From contig CP060757.1 of the NCBI GenBank assembly GCA_023205875.1, positions 434,001 through 498,000 on the forward strand: a stretch of DNA of 64,000 nucleotides. Direction: 5' to 3'. Position numbers and translations under genes: made by a program. The DNA comes from Chloropicon primus (taxonomy: Eukaryota). The notes beneath the pieces were generated by a model, which was given only the letters and a program-made list of their open reading frames with translations, had not been told where the DNA came from and did not search any database. Shown here in pieces: positions 32,798 to 42,627 of this stretch (position 1 is its first letter; every line of letters begins with the position of its first letter).

Positions 32798-35700
32798 TTA
32801 GTCTTGGGAGTTCTTGAACTCGTTCACAGACACTCTGAGGTCGAAAACATCATCCAAGTTGCAATCCTCTTTCTGTATCAATCCGAAAGGTTTCTCCAAG
32901 GCCGCGTCAAGCCAAGGACTGCCGTAAACTTTAGCCGAATTCTTGAAGCTCCAATTCGTCCCAGTCTTCCACAGCTGGTGTGGTCTCTCCGAGAGCCAAA
33001 CCTTCAGCTGATCGTGCTGCTTCTGCTTGTAATTGCCCTTCGCAGATTCCACGTCTGGTAGAGAAACCGTGCCCCTCCGATCTGCTGACACGGATGCGTT
33101 CGGGTCGTAAATCGTTTGCTTGAACCAATACATGAGCTGCCCCCACAAAAAGGTTTGACAGAACTTCTTTCCCGTCGAAGGAATAAGGTCCTCGCTCTGC
33201 ATCTCCGAAATTCGTTTCTCCGTGGACTTCGAGTTTTGCATGTATTGGATGTGCTTCTTCCGGATGATATCGCTCGATACGACGGACTTGTACTTGTGCA
33301 GAGTAAACAAATTCTCTGTGAAAGCGTACATTCTGACCAAATCCACCATCGCAATGAAGTCGCTTCGACCGGTTTGCACATCCAGACTCTTCAGGTACCT
33401 GCTGATCTCCTCGAGCTTTTGCCTCGCGGAAGCTACTGTTGTTGGAGCCTGTTGGGACTCGAAGCTCCTGATCTTCTCCACGGTCTCCATCATGTCTGGA
33501 TTCGGGAACTTTGCATTCAGGGTCTCCAACCCCTTCATTGGTCTCTGAGTCAGACTGAGCAACCTCCTCAAGATGGACTGTTCGCCCGTCCACAAGTACT
33601 CGATCTGCTCTGCCTCGGACAAGCGCCGAAGAGGAGGAACGTGGGTCTGCCCAGGCTGAAACAAGATGAACTTCACCTTGTCAATCGTGATTGCCAAGTT
33701 CTGCACCCGCTGCGCCCGGACCCCTTTGGATTCCAGCACGGCCTGCTCCATGTTGTAAATGTGTGGGAAGTGCTCAACCAAAGAAGCGGGAAGAAGCTTT
33801 TCTTCTTCTTCGATAAACTGCAAGGTGTAAGATACCCACTTCAAAAGCCACTTTGGCAGCTGTGACTCTGTGTCTGCCGACAAAGGATGCTTGCTCAGTT
33901 GACCAGGGGCACACAGAAGGGAGGACTTGAAATTAAAGCTCTCCAGCCTGCGGTAATCTGAATCCGTGAGGTCTTCCGTACACGATTTCAGGAGAATGGC
34001 GTTTTTGTGCAAGAAATTGTGGTGCGTCTGCATGATCTGCTGATACGCTTTTCCATCAGCGAGGGAGAGGAAGCTTCCCCTGCATTTCCCCATCCCGCAG
34101 AGGCAAATGGCTTCTCTGTACTCCATCAAGGATTCTGTGACACACGAGTAATCAAAACTCAGCTCCTCGCCGTAGGCAATGTCCCTAGCGGTGTAGATCG
34201 CGATGCTCAGCTTTCCGTTGGAGGATATAACGTTCGCCTCGCAATTTGGAACGCAGCTGTGGCTGAAGCGCGATGCAACAGCACCTTTGTAGGCAGCATC
34301 AACAAACAGGACGTCGTAACCGCCAGGATCGTCACAAGGTCTTTCCAAGACGATGTTGTAGAAATCATTCAGAGCCTGTTTCGGATTGAACTTCTTGATG
34401 CAGTCCTGGAGTTGAAACCACCGGGACGAAAGGTATACCTCGCCCAGGTAGTTCGAAACAAAAGTAGCTTTCCTGATACCTTCAGGACGGACGCAGATCA
34501 CCCCACACCCCTTTGGATGTATCCTAAAGTAGTTCAAGCCTGACTCGTCGACCCTGTCCCGTATGGCCTTGCAAGCGGTTGCAATCTTGCCGTCCCCCTC
34601 GTTCTCTTTGATGACAGCTTCCAAAGTTGATCGTATGTCCCACGCCCTCCCTGACGTGTTTGCGTTGATTCCTGGCATCAGGACAGTGTCCACAAACTCA
34701 GAAACCGACGCTAGGACGGCATCGCCAACGACGTTCCTTGCAGGCACGTCGGGAACGCTATGAACGGGGACGCCTTCTCCGAATACCCCGCATTCCACAA
34801 GAGCATCCTCGATGTTTCTCCTTGTGTAGCAGTCGAAGCCCCAAACATCTCGCTCCTCCAGGTCTTTGTCGAAAGAGATTCTGCTTCCTTTGTGCACATC
34901 TCTGTTTGGGCACGACGCTGGATCGCACTTGCACGTCTGGTCGCACTCGGTATTTCTCTTCAAGCAAGGATGAACAGTCTCGATACTGCCACCAAAGAAA
35001 TCATCCACATCCAAACAACCCTTCGCGCATTCTGTTCCGTCACACCCTCCAGTTTTGAGTGACTTGAGTTTTTGGGTGATCAGCGCCTCGTCCTCCTTAC
35101 CTCCCGCCGGGACGTAGTCCTCAATGCGCTCATATTTCTTCCTTTCATATGGGGTTTTCGTCCAGTCCTTGTTCAGATAAGGCTCATTATTCATCGTAAT
35201 CGAAAGAGGGAACTCGGGCCTTCCCTCCCGGGTGGACTGAAACGATTTCACAGTCACGGCCAAAACTGCCTCGAATGTGTGTCTGGCTTCACCGAACAAG
35301 GTGTCTCCACACACCAGCTCTACAAGTGCGTTCACGTCGGGAAGTCGTGCGAGCGCGAGGAGCTCAATGCCTTTACTCAAACCACCAAGAACCGTGTGGC
35401 TGCCCTTGTCCCCTTGCGCTACTGCTCCTTGAAGCTGACCCACGGATTTGACCACGATGCTTTGCACTCCCACGCTCTTGAATTCAGTTTCATCTTGCTT
35501 CGCAATCGAAGGGTCCTCAGGGAATGCTTTCTGCAAAACCAGAGCCAATAACTGCTGCGATTTTTTGTTCAAATTCACGAGCTCGCCAGTGTAGCGAGGC
35601 ACGCTACTCTGCTTTTCCTCCTTTTCAGCTTTCTTCTTACCGGCGTGAGACGCAGGTCGCGCTCTCTTTGCTTTGACTTCAGTGGCTGGTTCGGCCTCCT

Positions 35701-36604
35701 TGCTCTTGTTCTCTTCGTGGTTGGACTCGGCAAAAGTCACGCACTTCGCTTTGGGCTTCTGTTGCTTTTTTGGCTTTGGCGAGACACTCACTTGAACGGC
35801 GGGTTTTGCAGGGCTGTCAACCACCAACCCCTCGGCTGGTTCATTTCCTTCCTCTCTAGGATCTTGCTTGTCCCAGACCTCACCGCTGAGAGCCTGGAGC
35901 ACAAGGGCATTCTCGGTCAGCTCCACCTCCTCCAAGCTCCTATTCTTTCGCGACCCGGGTACAATCTTCATGTGCCGCGACGCAGTACTAGCGGTGGTGC
36001 TGGAAAGCTTCTGCTTCTTGTGTAATTTGTTCTTCAAGGCATCCTCCTTGCGAGCCTCCGTCACTTCGATAGACTCTTTGGCGCCCTCTTTCTTCAATAC
36101 TTTCTGCTTCTTCTGTCCTTCTCCGCCGGAGGAATCCTGCGCCACAGGAGCATCTTGGTGCCTCCCCATGACAGGTGGGAGGTCCGTGTCAATGTCCATG
36201 GCCCCGTCATTCTCCCTGCCACTGCAGGCCCGAAGGGACTTGTCCAAAGGGACTGCGCCGTACTCCATGAAGATTTCATTGCAAGTGCGCAACAGCCTGT
36301 CCATCTGCTGAAGCACCTCCGTGTCTCCCCGCGACTTGCTTGAGCACTGAGCAAACATTTGGTTCGCGAAATAATTTTGCAAGCTTTTCAGCAGCATGTG
36401 AAAGGCCCTGGGACCGTCGCTGGGGCTCACTTCCTTGTCCATGCCCACCAAAGGGCTCAAAGTTGCTATGGGCACCGCCTTGTTACTCACCAGTTGGTGG
36501 TAACTTGGCGTGTGCCTGATTTTGTTGATCATCAGGAGGGTGTTCTCGTAGCTCACCACCGCCTGGCGACCCTCCGCCAGCCCCACCAACTCCTTCCCGC
36601 CCAT
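32798..36604 (-). CDS. ATXR3: SET-domain histone methyltransferase, ATXR3/SDG2-like (H3K4)
   Basis: HPKGCGVIC...YLGEVY...FYNIVLERP...GYDVLFVDA...SRFSHSCVPNC...GEELSFDYSCVTES...CLCGMGKCRGSFL, plus the family C-terminal GQLMYWFKQ...RGTVSLPD and YGSPWLDA. Confidence 0.9.
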   Translation of the reverse strand: MGGKELVGLAEGRQAVVSYENTLLMINKIRHTPSYHQLVSNKAVPIATLSPLVGMDKEVSPSDGPRAFHMLLKSLQNYFANQMFAQCSSKSRGDTEVLQQMDRLLRTCNEIFMEYGAVPLDKSLRACSGRENDGAMDIDTDLPPVMGRHQDAPVAQDSSGGEGQKKQKVLKKEGAKESIEVTEARKEDALKNKLHKKQKLSSTTASTASRHMKIVPGSRKNRSLEEVELTENALVLQALSGEVWDKQDPREEGNEPAEGLVVDSPAKPAVQVSVSPKPKKQQKPKAKCVTFAESNHEENKSKEAEPATEVKAKRARPASHAGKKKAEKEEKQSSVPRYTGELVNLNKKSQQLLALVLQKAFPEDPSIAKQDETEFKSVGVQSIVVKSVGQLQGAVAQGDKGSHTVLGGLSKGIELLALARLPDVNALVELVCGDTLFGEARHTFEAVLAVTVKSFQSTREGRPEFPLSITMNNEPYLNKDWTKTPYERKKYERIEDYVPAGGKEDEALITQKLKSLKTGGCDGTECAKGCLDVDDFFGGSIETVHPCLKRNTECDQTCKCDPASCPNRDVHKGSRISFDKDLEERDVWGFDCYTRRNIEDALVECGVFGEGVPVHSVPDVPARNVVGDAVLASVSEFVDTVLMPGINANTSGRAWDIRSTLEAVIKENEGDGKIATACKAIRDRVDESGLNYFRIHPKGCGVICVRPEGIRKATFVSNYLGEVYLSSRWFQLQDCIKKFNPKQALNDFYNIVLERPCDDPGGYDVLFVDAAYKGAVASRFSHSCVPNCEANVISSNGKLSIAIYTARDIAYGEELSFDYSCVTESLMEYREAICLCGMGKCRGSFLSLADGKAYQQIMQTHHNFLHKNAILLKSCTEDLTDSDYRRLESFNFKSSLLCAPGQLSKHPLSADTESQLPKWLLKWVSYTLQFIEEEEKLLPASLVEHFPHIYNMEQAVLESKGVRAQRVQNLAITIDKVKFILFQPGQTHVPPLRRLSEAEQIEYLWTGEQSILRRLLSLTQRPMKGLETLNAKFPNPDMMETVEKIRSFESQQAPTTVASARQKLEEISRYLKSLDVQTGRSDFIAMVDLVRMYAFTENLFTLHKYKSVVSSDIIRKKHIQYMQNSKSTEKRISEMQSEDLIPSTGKKFCQTFLWGQLMYWFKQTIYDPNASVSADRRGTVSLPDVESAKGNYKQKQHDQLKVWLSERPHQLWKTGTNWSFKNSAKVYGSPWLDAALEKPFGLIQKEDCNLDDVFDLRVSVNEFKNSQD

Positions 36605-37228
36605 CCCGAACCAAATAATTAGTCTCCTCTGAGTCTTCTGATGAGTCTTCTCCTTTGGAGTTGTGCCCTTAATCTGTTGACCGGGGCGCGACTGACCTTC
36701 CTTTTCCGCTTGCCACGCGCAACGGCATGAACAAGCGAGTCGCCGATCGTCTCCACGCCTTCACCTCGTCACCTTCACCGCCCCTAAGCACCAGACACGA
36801 GCCAGGCAGAGAACCAAAAAAAACGGCAAGTCCAAGTTAGCCGAGCTCAAAACCTCACCAGACCTCCATTCTTTACGCGCGAGACCTCTTTCGAAAGATC
36901 ACGAGACAAGAAGTCGATCGGTAACCTCTCCCTCTCCACCCCATCACACCTCCTCCTCCAAACCCGTCCCCTCCCTCCGCGAAACACCAGCCTTACCTCA
37001 AACTCCGTCCGCCGAAGGGCGCGAAAACTGAGGAGCGACAGCTCGAGAGAGAGAGAGAGAGAGAGAGGTGAAGGTGGAGGCAGTTGGACGGAGGAGGTTG
37101 GGAGGAGGTTGACTCGTGGTGGTGAGGTCCGTCGGGAGGTTTGCGTCTCAGTCGGCTTGATTGTTGGGATGGGAAGGTGAAGGGAGAAAGGGAATGGCGC
37201 GTGGAGTAGAGTGAGGGGAGGTGGTTTC

Positions 37229-40200
37229 ATGGAGGGGAACGTGGTGAAAGGGAAGGACGTGTGGCCGGAAGGCTGCCCAAGGACGTGCCCTGGAATATTC
37301 GGCGAAGGGTGCGGGGCGTTGGTGCGATTCTTCTCCGTCACTGGCGACGCTGGGTCCGCGGGGACTTCGAGCGGAGGTGACGCTCACGGCGGAAAACGTG
37401 GGTACTACGCGTGCACGGCCTCCAAGTGCAGGTACAGGTGGGAGAACGTGCGCACGGGGCGGGACTGCGAGTTTGCGGTTTCTTTCTCGGCCGTCTCGGT
37501 GACGAGGTTCAAGCTGGAGCTGATCTCTCCCACGCCCACCAAAGTGGACTCCCTGATGCGAGAGACTGGACTCGAAGGGGCGCTGAGGTCGGCCAGCATC
37601 CACTACGTGGTGGAGAGGGAGGGGTTTCAGGTGAGCTTCGACCTCAAGGACTACAACTCCGTGATGGAAAAAGTGGCGAGGAGCAACTTGAAAGTCCATG
37701 CCAAGCACCTCATTCCCAAGTCAACGCTATCGGGTCTGAGGTGGGCCCGCGAGAAGAAGTGGGACTCAAAAGTCGAGTCGATCTACGGTCGAATGCCGCG
37801 CGGCCTGAGGGACAAGCTCCTTCCGTTTCAGAAGGAGGGAGTGAAGTTCGGCATAAGTAGGGGGTGCCGGTGCCTCGTTGCGGACGACATGGGTGTCGGC
37901 AAAACGATTCAGGCCATTGCCATGTCTGCTTGCTACATGGACTCCTGGCCGCTGCTTATTGTGGTGCCAGCAAGCCTGAGGCTCTCTTGGGCGAATGAGC
38001 TCGAGAAGTGGCTGCCCACCGTGCTCCAGCCCTCTGATATCCACGTAATCTTCTCCAGCGACGACAAGCTCTCGTTGAATTACAACCAGGAGCTGCCGAA
38101 AGTCACCATCGTTTCCTACAAGATGCTGGAGATCCTCGTCGAGGAGATCAGCTCCTGCAACTGGGGCATCGTCATTGTGGACGAGAGCCACAACATTCGA
38201 AGCACGATGAAGAAGCGAGACAGCAAACAGACCGAGGCCGCTCAAATGGTCGTCCGAAAGACGCCCAAAGCGATTTTACTGACGGGAACGCCCTCCCTCA
38301 GCAAGCCATACGACCTGTTCGCCCAGGCGGAGGCCCTTTCCCCGGGGCTGTTGGGCAAGAGCAAGCAAGAGTACTCGAAGAATTACTGCGAGAGGACTTT
38401 CGTGAAAACGAGATCCAAGGCCACGTTCATGAGCGTCTCGGGAGGGAGGAGGCTGGAAGAGCTCAACGTGCTTCTGAACAACACCATTATGATCCGCAGG
38501 AGGAAGGAGGACGTGCTGGCAGAGCTACCTCCGAAGAGAAGACAGGTGTTGTACATCAATCCGATAGGCAAACCTGCCCGGGAGGATGGAAACCTCGAAG
38601 CTGGTCTTGATGCCGAGGATGTGAACTACCTTACCACGGGTCGGATGAAGTGCGACCCTGTCTGCGAGTGGCTGAGGAACGCCCTGAGAAACTCGGCGGT
38701 GGACACAAAGTTCCTCATCTTTGGGCACCACATCGATGTGATGGACAAGATTCAGACCAAAGTTCTGGAGCAGGACAGCTCATTCGATTATGTGAGAATA
38801 GACGGGAGCACCCCGTCGCTTCTGCGGCAAGACTATGTGAAAAAGTTTCACACATCTCTTTCCTGCAGGTGTGCCCTCCTTTCCCTTACAGCGGCCGGTG
38901 TTGGCCTTGACTTCAGCTCTGCACACATAGTTGTCTTCGCCGAGCTGCCCAAGCAGGTTTCAATCCTAGAGCAGGCCGAAGCCCGTGTTCACAGGAAAGG
39001 TTTGCAATTTCCGGTGAATGTCTATTTCATGTGCGCCAAGGATACCATGGATGAGCGCCTTTGGCTGAACCTTGGCACGTCACTGAACAAGCTCAAGATG
39101 GTTCACGACGGCCGCCTGGCCCAGGCCTTCAGCGACACGCGGGCGGCGCCATTGTCTGATGGCTCCGCAGTGCCAGGAATGGACGTAACGAGGTCGACCT
39201 CGAAGGAAGTCAAGGATAACGGCTCGGCATCCGATGTCCAAGCTGATGAAGAAACCGGGAGTCGTCCTGCAGACGCCGGAGTTGATCACAAGGGCAAGGG
39301 TTTGGGCACTGGTGTTGTCCCCTTCGTGGAGATCAGCAAGCACACCGATAGGATTCACTTGCACTCAAGTCGCGATGGGACTTCCCCTCTGCGGGTGAAC
39401 ACTTCTTTCGAAGACATCGATACAGCTCTCGGGGACTCTTGCGTTGGTTTTAGCGCTAAAGTCGACATCGACGGTACCACAAAGCTCCTGAAGCAGTTTC
39501 GAGAGGAGTGGAATGTTCTGAGAGCTTATGACAAGTTTCTGGTGAGGGGCAAGGTGATCGAACTTCCTTTGAACTTGGGGAGCATTGCCTCTGGAAGCAA
39601 ATGCGAGGATAAAAAATGCATGGACAGGCACCTCCCCGTCGAGAGAATCGCGGCAAAGCTCCCGGTTGGAGCGGAGTACAAAGAGGCTCTCATCGCGGGA
39701 AATGAATCGAAGGGAAGGGAGTCCACCAAGGTTCAGGTGGCTGTGTCCAGCACCGGAGAGAAATTATGCTCGCTTTGCATGAAACCGAGTGCCTCTGCTA
39801 TCGGACCGACCGCTTGCCGTGAGGCCGGAGATGTGCTGTACATCACATCGAAGAGAGACTTGTATTGCTCCAGCACATGCTACGACAGGGCCTCCCTCTC
39901 CTCAAGCTCTAGTTACGTCCGGAGGAAGCTGCGGGAAATCGAAAAGGGTGTCTGCCAAACCTGCAGTCTCGACTGCATCAAACTCGTGGGGGCCCTGAGG
40001 GCCGTGAAGCCCAAGGGAAAGTCTGCACTTGACCTCAAGGAAGCCGTGGAAGAGCGCAGGAAGATTCTTTACGCGTACTCTGAGACGTTTTCGCGAAGGG
40101 GGTTCGGTGCATTGCGAGAGAGGCTGCTGATGCAGCCCATCGAAGGAAATGCGTGGCAGGCAGACCACGTCGTGGCCGTCTTCCAGGGGGGCGGTTGCGC

Positions 40201-40567
40201 TGGCTTGGACAACATGAGAACCCTGTGCGTTTGTTGTCACAAGGAGGTTACCGCGGAGCAGGCCAAGCTGAGAGCTCGGGAGAGAAGACAGAGGCTTGGA
40301 TTGGATCCGAATCCGCCGTCAACAAACCGCAAAGCGAACAAGAGGCTGAAATACCAAGTTGTCAGGAGAGGATCGAAACGAGCCAAGGCGAAGAAACATC
40401 TCAGCGAATCCGAAGATACCGAGGAGGAGTCCCAGGACCACGGCCCACTGCACTGCGAAGAAGAGCAGGAGATCCATCCCACGCTGAGACGAAGGAACAG
40501 GGACAAAAACCGCAAGGGGAAGTATTTGAGCGATTCAGAGGACGACAGCGAAGACAACTCTCCATAG
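37229..40567 (+). CDS. SNF2-family annealing helicase with C-terminal HNH endonuclease (ZRANB3-like)
   Basis: LLPFQKEGV, ADDMGVGKT, DESH, LTGTP and QAEARVHRKG; C-terminal EKGVCQTC...WQADHVVAVFQGGG...LDNMRTLCVCCH. Confidence 0.92.
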   Translation: MEGNVVKGKDVWPEGCPRTCPGIFGEGCGALVRFFSVTGDAGSAGTSSGGDAHGGKRGYYACTASKCRYRWENVRTGRDCEFAVSFSAVSVTRFKLELISPTPTKVDSLMRETGLEGALRSASIHYVVEREGFQVSFDLKDYNSVMEKVARSNLKVHAKHLIPKSTLSGLRWAREKKWDSKVESIYGRMPRGLRDKLLPFQKEGVKFGISRGCRCLVADDMGVGKTIQAIAMSACYMDSWPLLIVVPASLRLSWANELEKWLPTVLQPSDIHVIFSSDDKLSLNYNQELPKVTIVSYKMLEILVEEISSCNWGIVIVDESHNIRSTMKKRDSKQTEAAQMVVRKTPKAILLTGTPSLSKPYDLFAQAEALSPGLLGKSKQEYSKNYCERTFVKTRSKATFMSVSGGRRLEELNVLLNNTIMIRRRKEDVLAELPPKRRQVLYINPIGKPAREDGNLEAGLDAEDVNYLTTGRMKCDPVCEWLRNALRNSAVDTKFLIFGHHIDVMDKIQTKVLEQDSSFDYVRIDGSTPSLLRQDYVKKFHTSLSCRCALLSLTAAGVGLDFSSAHIVVFAELPKQVSILEQAEARVHRKGLQFPVNVYFMCAKDTMDERLWLNLGTSLNKLKMVHDGRLAQAFSDTRAAPLSDGSAVPGMDVTRSTSKEVKDNGSASDVQADEETGSRPADAGVDHKGKGLGTGVVPFVEISKHTDRIHLHSSRDGTSPLRVNTSFEDIDTALGDSCVGFSAKVDIDGTTKLLKQFREEWNVLRAYDKFLVRGKVIELPLNLGSIASGSKCEDKKCMDRHLPVERIAAKLPVGAEYKEALIAGNESKGRESTKVQVAVSSTGEKLCSLCMKPSASAIGPTACREAGDVLYITSKRDLYCSSTCYDRASLSSSSSYVRRKLREIEKGVCQTCSLDCIKLVGALRAVKPKGKSALDLKEAVEERRKILYAYSETFSRRGFGALRERLLMQPIEGNAWQADHVVAVFQGGGCAGLDNMRTLCVCCHKEVTAEQAKLRARERRQRLGLDPNPPSTNRKANKRLKYQVVRRGSKRAKAKKHLSESEDTEEESQDHGPLHCEEEQEIHPTLRRRNRDKNRKGKYLSDSEDDSEDNSP

Positions 40568-40686
40568 CTTGTTTCGTGCAGCACTAGTGTACTATTTATT
40601 GTCTTTGTTTATTGTGTATTATATAAGCGTTTTCTTCTGTACAACGTTTCGCTTCCCCTGGCGAAGCTCCTCTTTGCTCGCCAAGC

Positions 40687-41073
40687 TCAAGCTGTTCTCG
40701 CTTCCAGCTGTTGCATGGGGTCCCCCTCTTCCCGCTTCCCCGCGTCGGCCAAAGGATCGTTGGCCCACACTGGGTCTTTGGAGCCCAGCCCGCCCTTCTT
40801 TGGCGGTTGGGCGTACGATACCGAGAGCGTCTTCCCGTTTATCTCCGCACAGTGCATGTTATCCTTCGCAGCCAAGGCGTCCTCCTTGAGCTCGAACTCG
40901 ACGAAGCCAAACCCCCTGTGCTTCCCTGTCTTGAAGTCCAAAGGGATGTTTACGTCCTTCACTTCACCGAACGGCACGAATGCCGCACGCACCAAGCTCG
41001 CATCGACCCCTTCGTCCAAGCCTCCCACGTAAAGCGTCCTCTTGTTCGCCCGTCCCTCGTTCCACCATGACAT
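40687..41073 (-). CDS. Stand-alone RRM protein of the cyclophilin E (PPIE/CYP33) RRM type
   Basis: KRTLYVGGL, AAFVPFGEV, HRGFGFVEFE and PVWAND; no cyclophilin domain before the stop. Confidence 0.88.
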   Translation of the reverse strand: MSWWNEGRANKRTLYVGGLDEGVDASLVRAAFVPFGEVKDVNIPLDFKTGKHRGFGFVEFELKEDALAAKDNMHCAEINGKTLSVSYAQPPKKGGLGSKDPVWANDPLADAGKREEGDPMQQLEARTA

Positions 41074-41536
41074 AGCTCACCCGACCTAAACTCACCCAAG
41101 TGCCCAAGTGATCGAACGACCTCCCGCGGTCCAAATCCTACAAAAGAACCGTCAATCGAAAGCTCGTGAGACGAACTATGACGCTATTACCCTCTCCCTC
41201 GGCACAAGCGCCTCCCTCGTCGCCCACGCTCCCCTCGAGTCTCCTCGTCCTTCGCCTCTCCCAGTTTCTTCTGTTTGAACTTCGGAGGAGGGGTCCCCTC
41301 ATCCCATGGAAAGCCAGGAGCGCCTTTGGAGAGGGGCAAGACCAGTGGGAGAGGGGCAAGGCCAGAGGCGAAGGAGAGTCATTGGAGGGCGGGAGGGACG
41401 AGAGGAAGGTCCCGGAAGGTGACACTTTTCTTACCTTACCTTTTCTTTGACATTCCTTGGGGAGGAAAAGAGTGAGAGAGAGAGAGAAGTTGTTGTTTGA
41501 CTCGGAAGGACTTTGAGTTGGTGAAGTTTTGGCAGT

Positions 41537-42571
41537 ATGAGTATGGGCTCCTTGCTGTGCGAGAAGCGTTTGTATAACGTGGAGTCCGTGGAGACTGCGG
41601 CTCTGGACGTGCAAGTTGTGGGCGTGGACTTTCCGACGGTGCCGTTCATCTCGGGCGAGGTGGAGAAGCTGGAGTACAACTTGCCACCCAAGTGGGAAAA
41701 GAGGAGGCTGCAAGCTCTGGCGAAGAAAGCGAGGCTGGAGCTTGCGAAGCCGAGGCCCAAGACGTCGCCTTACAGGACAAAGTCGCTAGGAAGAAGGCTG
41801 AAGGACAATAACAGGGGGAAGGAGACGTTGGCCTACGTTGCGGAGAAAGACAGGGCGACGAGCGAAAGGAACCTGCTCAAGTGCTCCAGGGTGTCACTGA
41901 CAATCCAGAAGGAAAGAGAGTCGCTCACGACTCCGATGCAGAAGAACCCAAGGTTGACCACGCCCTCAAGAAGGGAAAGGGCGTTGAGCATGGAGGCCAT
42001 CACTAGGGAGAGGCCCTCGACATCGCATCCTGCTCTTGGGAGGTCGGTACCGTCAGTAAGCATGGAGCTTCCGGACCAGTCCTCCTCTCAAGGGAAGGGA
42101 AGCGACTCGCCGAGGGTGAGGAGCCACTCGGCGAAACCCGGAAGCGGCAACAGTCACATCATTCACAACCTACCGAAAGCGAAGCAGACGTACCAAAAGC
42201 CAACTCAAAAAACCTACAAGACGAGGACAAGCCAGTAAGTCGTCAGTTTACTTTGACACCAAAGGAAGGTGCTTTTGAGATAGCGTTGGACTGACTCTTT
42301 CCTACTTCTTCTTCCGTCTAGATACGCCGAGCGGGTGAAAGCGGTGAGGAAGCTTCAAATCCAATCCCACAACGAGCTGTCGGAAAGGCTTGCTACTTTG
42401 AACATGGACCTTAGCATGAAGGACGTCAGCACGAAGGAAAGGAACCGACCTTGGCTGCTATACCAGCAAAGGCAGCAGCAGGAGAACAACATGCACGGGC
42501 CTGCAAAGAAAGAGACCCCTCCGGCATTCCTGCCAAACTCTCCGATGTCAAAATCTGCAGTCTGCAGGTAG
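41537..42571 (+). CDS. Hypothetical basic protein, 2 exons (41537-42234, 42322-42571)
   Basis: Intron 42235-42321 (GTAAGT...ACTGAC...TAG) joins two ORFs in frame (RTSQ-YAERVKAV); TGTAA at 42608. Confidence 0.7.
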
Positions 42572-42627
42572 CGGGGAAGAGCAACACTTAGGTTTTGAGA
42601 ACACACTTGTAATTTAATCGATATTGT

